Source: a virus (taxonomy: Duplodnaviria; Caudoviricetes). Taken from it: a DNA stretch of 59,543 nt. The stretch covers positions 1-59,543 of IMG/VR virus record IMGVR_UViG_3300003267_000070. One strand, 5' to 3'. Below are positions 58,582 to 59,543 of this stretch, one piece after another. The notes beneath the pieces are model-generated. The model saw only the letters and a program-made list of their open reading frames with translations. It was not told the origin of the DNA and searched no databases. Position numbers and translations under genes: made by a program. Numbering within the stretch: the first letter of the stretch is position 1; every line of letters begins with the position of its first letter.

Positions 58582-59100
58582 ATGTCTGATTATCCTTACG
58601 ATTTATTCAACCTGATTGCCAATATCGCCACTGTCGCGGGCGTGGTAGTAGCACTCTATATCCTTGTAAGTAATCGCCGGATTACGATCAACGTTCGTCG
58701 TATTGCTGAACAGTTGGCCCAAGTCATCGCCCCGAAGACGGGGATTGAATCCTACCTGAACCTGTGCGCGCAGGTAGTGGACAGTGACCCGGACGGAACC
58801 TGCGTTGTCACCGACCAGGGGAAGATCGTGCTGGTCAACAGGAAGATGGAGGACATCTCCGGCTATCACCGCAGTGAGTTGATGGGCCAGCCGGTGGAGA
58901 TTCTCGTGCCGCTGGAATCGCGCAGGGCGCATACGACCGATCGAGAGAACTATATAGACCAGCCCTCCCTGCGACCAATGCGCGGGTTGCAACTGCGGCA
59001 CAAGCGTGGGCGCATTGTCCCCGTGGAGATCTGGCTGAATAACTTTAAGGATTCGTCGGGTGGGTTTACTATAGCCAAGGTTCGCGTACCGGAACGCTAG
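58582..59100 (+). CDS. Single-TM protein with one C-terminal PAS domain and no output domain
   Basis: TM IATVAGVVVALYILV; PDG..V....G.IVLVN...E..SGY...ELMGQPVEILVP; RH..G..VPVEI.L. Confidence 0.88.
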   Translation: MSDYPYDLFNLIANIATVAGVVVALYILVSNRRITINVRRIAEQLAQVIAPKTGIESYLNLCAQVVDSDPDGTCVVTDQGKIVLVNRKMEDISGYHRSELMGQPVEILVPLESRRAHTTDRENYIDQPSLRPMRGLQLRHKRGRIVPVEIWLNNFKDSSGGFTIAKVRVPER

Positions 59101-59463
59101 ATGAATCGCGAGCAAATTTTCCAGGCGCTCCTGATTGCCGCCATCATAGCGCTGGTTAAATTCATCCGCGATGTCATCGTGCTACAAACACAGGTCAAGC
59201 CCTTACTGGAGTGGTGGGCAAAGACTTCGATGGACGCGCTGAAGATAGCGACGAACCCGACCAGTGAGCGACTCGCTGAGTTGGCCGATAAGTATATTGC
59301 GCAGGTGACGGGGAAGAGTAAGGAGCGGATGTCGGCGACGGAGAAGCAGGAATTAATCGACGGGTTGCGACGGATACTACATGACGGGGAAGTGAGCGCG
59401 GCCAAGCGCCAGTCGGCGTCGATGTCGCTCAGGTTTATACAGTCGTGTGAGAGATCGCAGTAG
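59101..59463 (+). CDS. N-terminal TM helical protein (holin/antiholin-like candidate)
   Basis: IFQALLIAAIIALVKFI; abuts PAS gene stop. Confidence 0.55.
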   Translation: MNREQIFQALLIAAIIALVKFIRDVIVLQTQVKPLLEWWAKTSMDALKIATNPTSERLAELADKYIAQVTGKSKERMSATEKQELIDGLRRILHDGEVSAAKRQSASMSLRFIQSCERSQ

Positions 59464-59487
59464 AACAGAAAGGACGTAAACCTCCCA

Positions 59488-59543
59488 ATGGCAAGACAAG
59501 ATGAACCACGGAACCCGCAACAGCCGACTAAGCCGAGCCCGGC
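59488..59543 (+). CDS. 5' part of the 49-aa Pro-rich peptide continuing at base 1
   Basis: MARQDEPRNPQQPTKPSP + GC|A junction codon. Confidence 0.7.
   Translation, partial: MARQDEPRNPQQPTKPSP

Larger units (their letters stand above)
1..59543. mobile_element. Apparently complete tailed dsDNA bacteriophage genome (siphovirus-like), circularly permuted
   Basis: Terminase, portal, capsid, tail tube, tape measure and tail tip in canonical order; no sheath gene; no host housekeeping genes; ORF continuous across the window ends. Confidence 0.93.

Overview
The window looks like one complete, circularly permuted ~59.5 kb genome of a long-tailed (siphovirus-type) dsDNA bacteriophage: a Pro-rich ORF starting at 59488 reads in frame across the end-to-start junction and stops at 94. 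About 1.3-26.4 kb is a mostly leftward early/middle region of short hypothetical ORFs. It also holds three adenine methyltransferases, two RusA-like resolvases, two HNH endonucleases, a PD-(D/E)XK exonuclease + AAA ATPase + SSB-like recombination module, and a rightward HTH + D5-like SF3 helicase followed by a G-rich inverted-repeat candidate origin. 26.4-27.2 kb is a divergent control region containing an apparently non-coding, highly structured transcript with two boxA-like elements. 27.2-54.6 kb is the rightward virion operon: fibre/decoration-like genes, terminase, portal, Ntn-peptidase, scaffold, capsid, neck, tail tube, frameshifted chaperone, tape measure, tail tip and fibres. 54.7 kb round to 1.0 kb is an unusual envelope/export cassette (secreted beta-helix protein, Tat substrate, TM-PAS protein behind an RNA switch, TM/coiled-coil proteins) sitting where a lysis cassette is expected. 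I recognised no endolysin, integrase, primase, DNA polymerase, tRNA or CRISPR array. The Pro/Thr-linked beta-helix protein suggests a soil Acidobacteria-like host (inference only). All calls are by-eye motif recognition; no database search or folding program was run.
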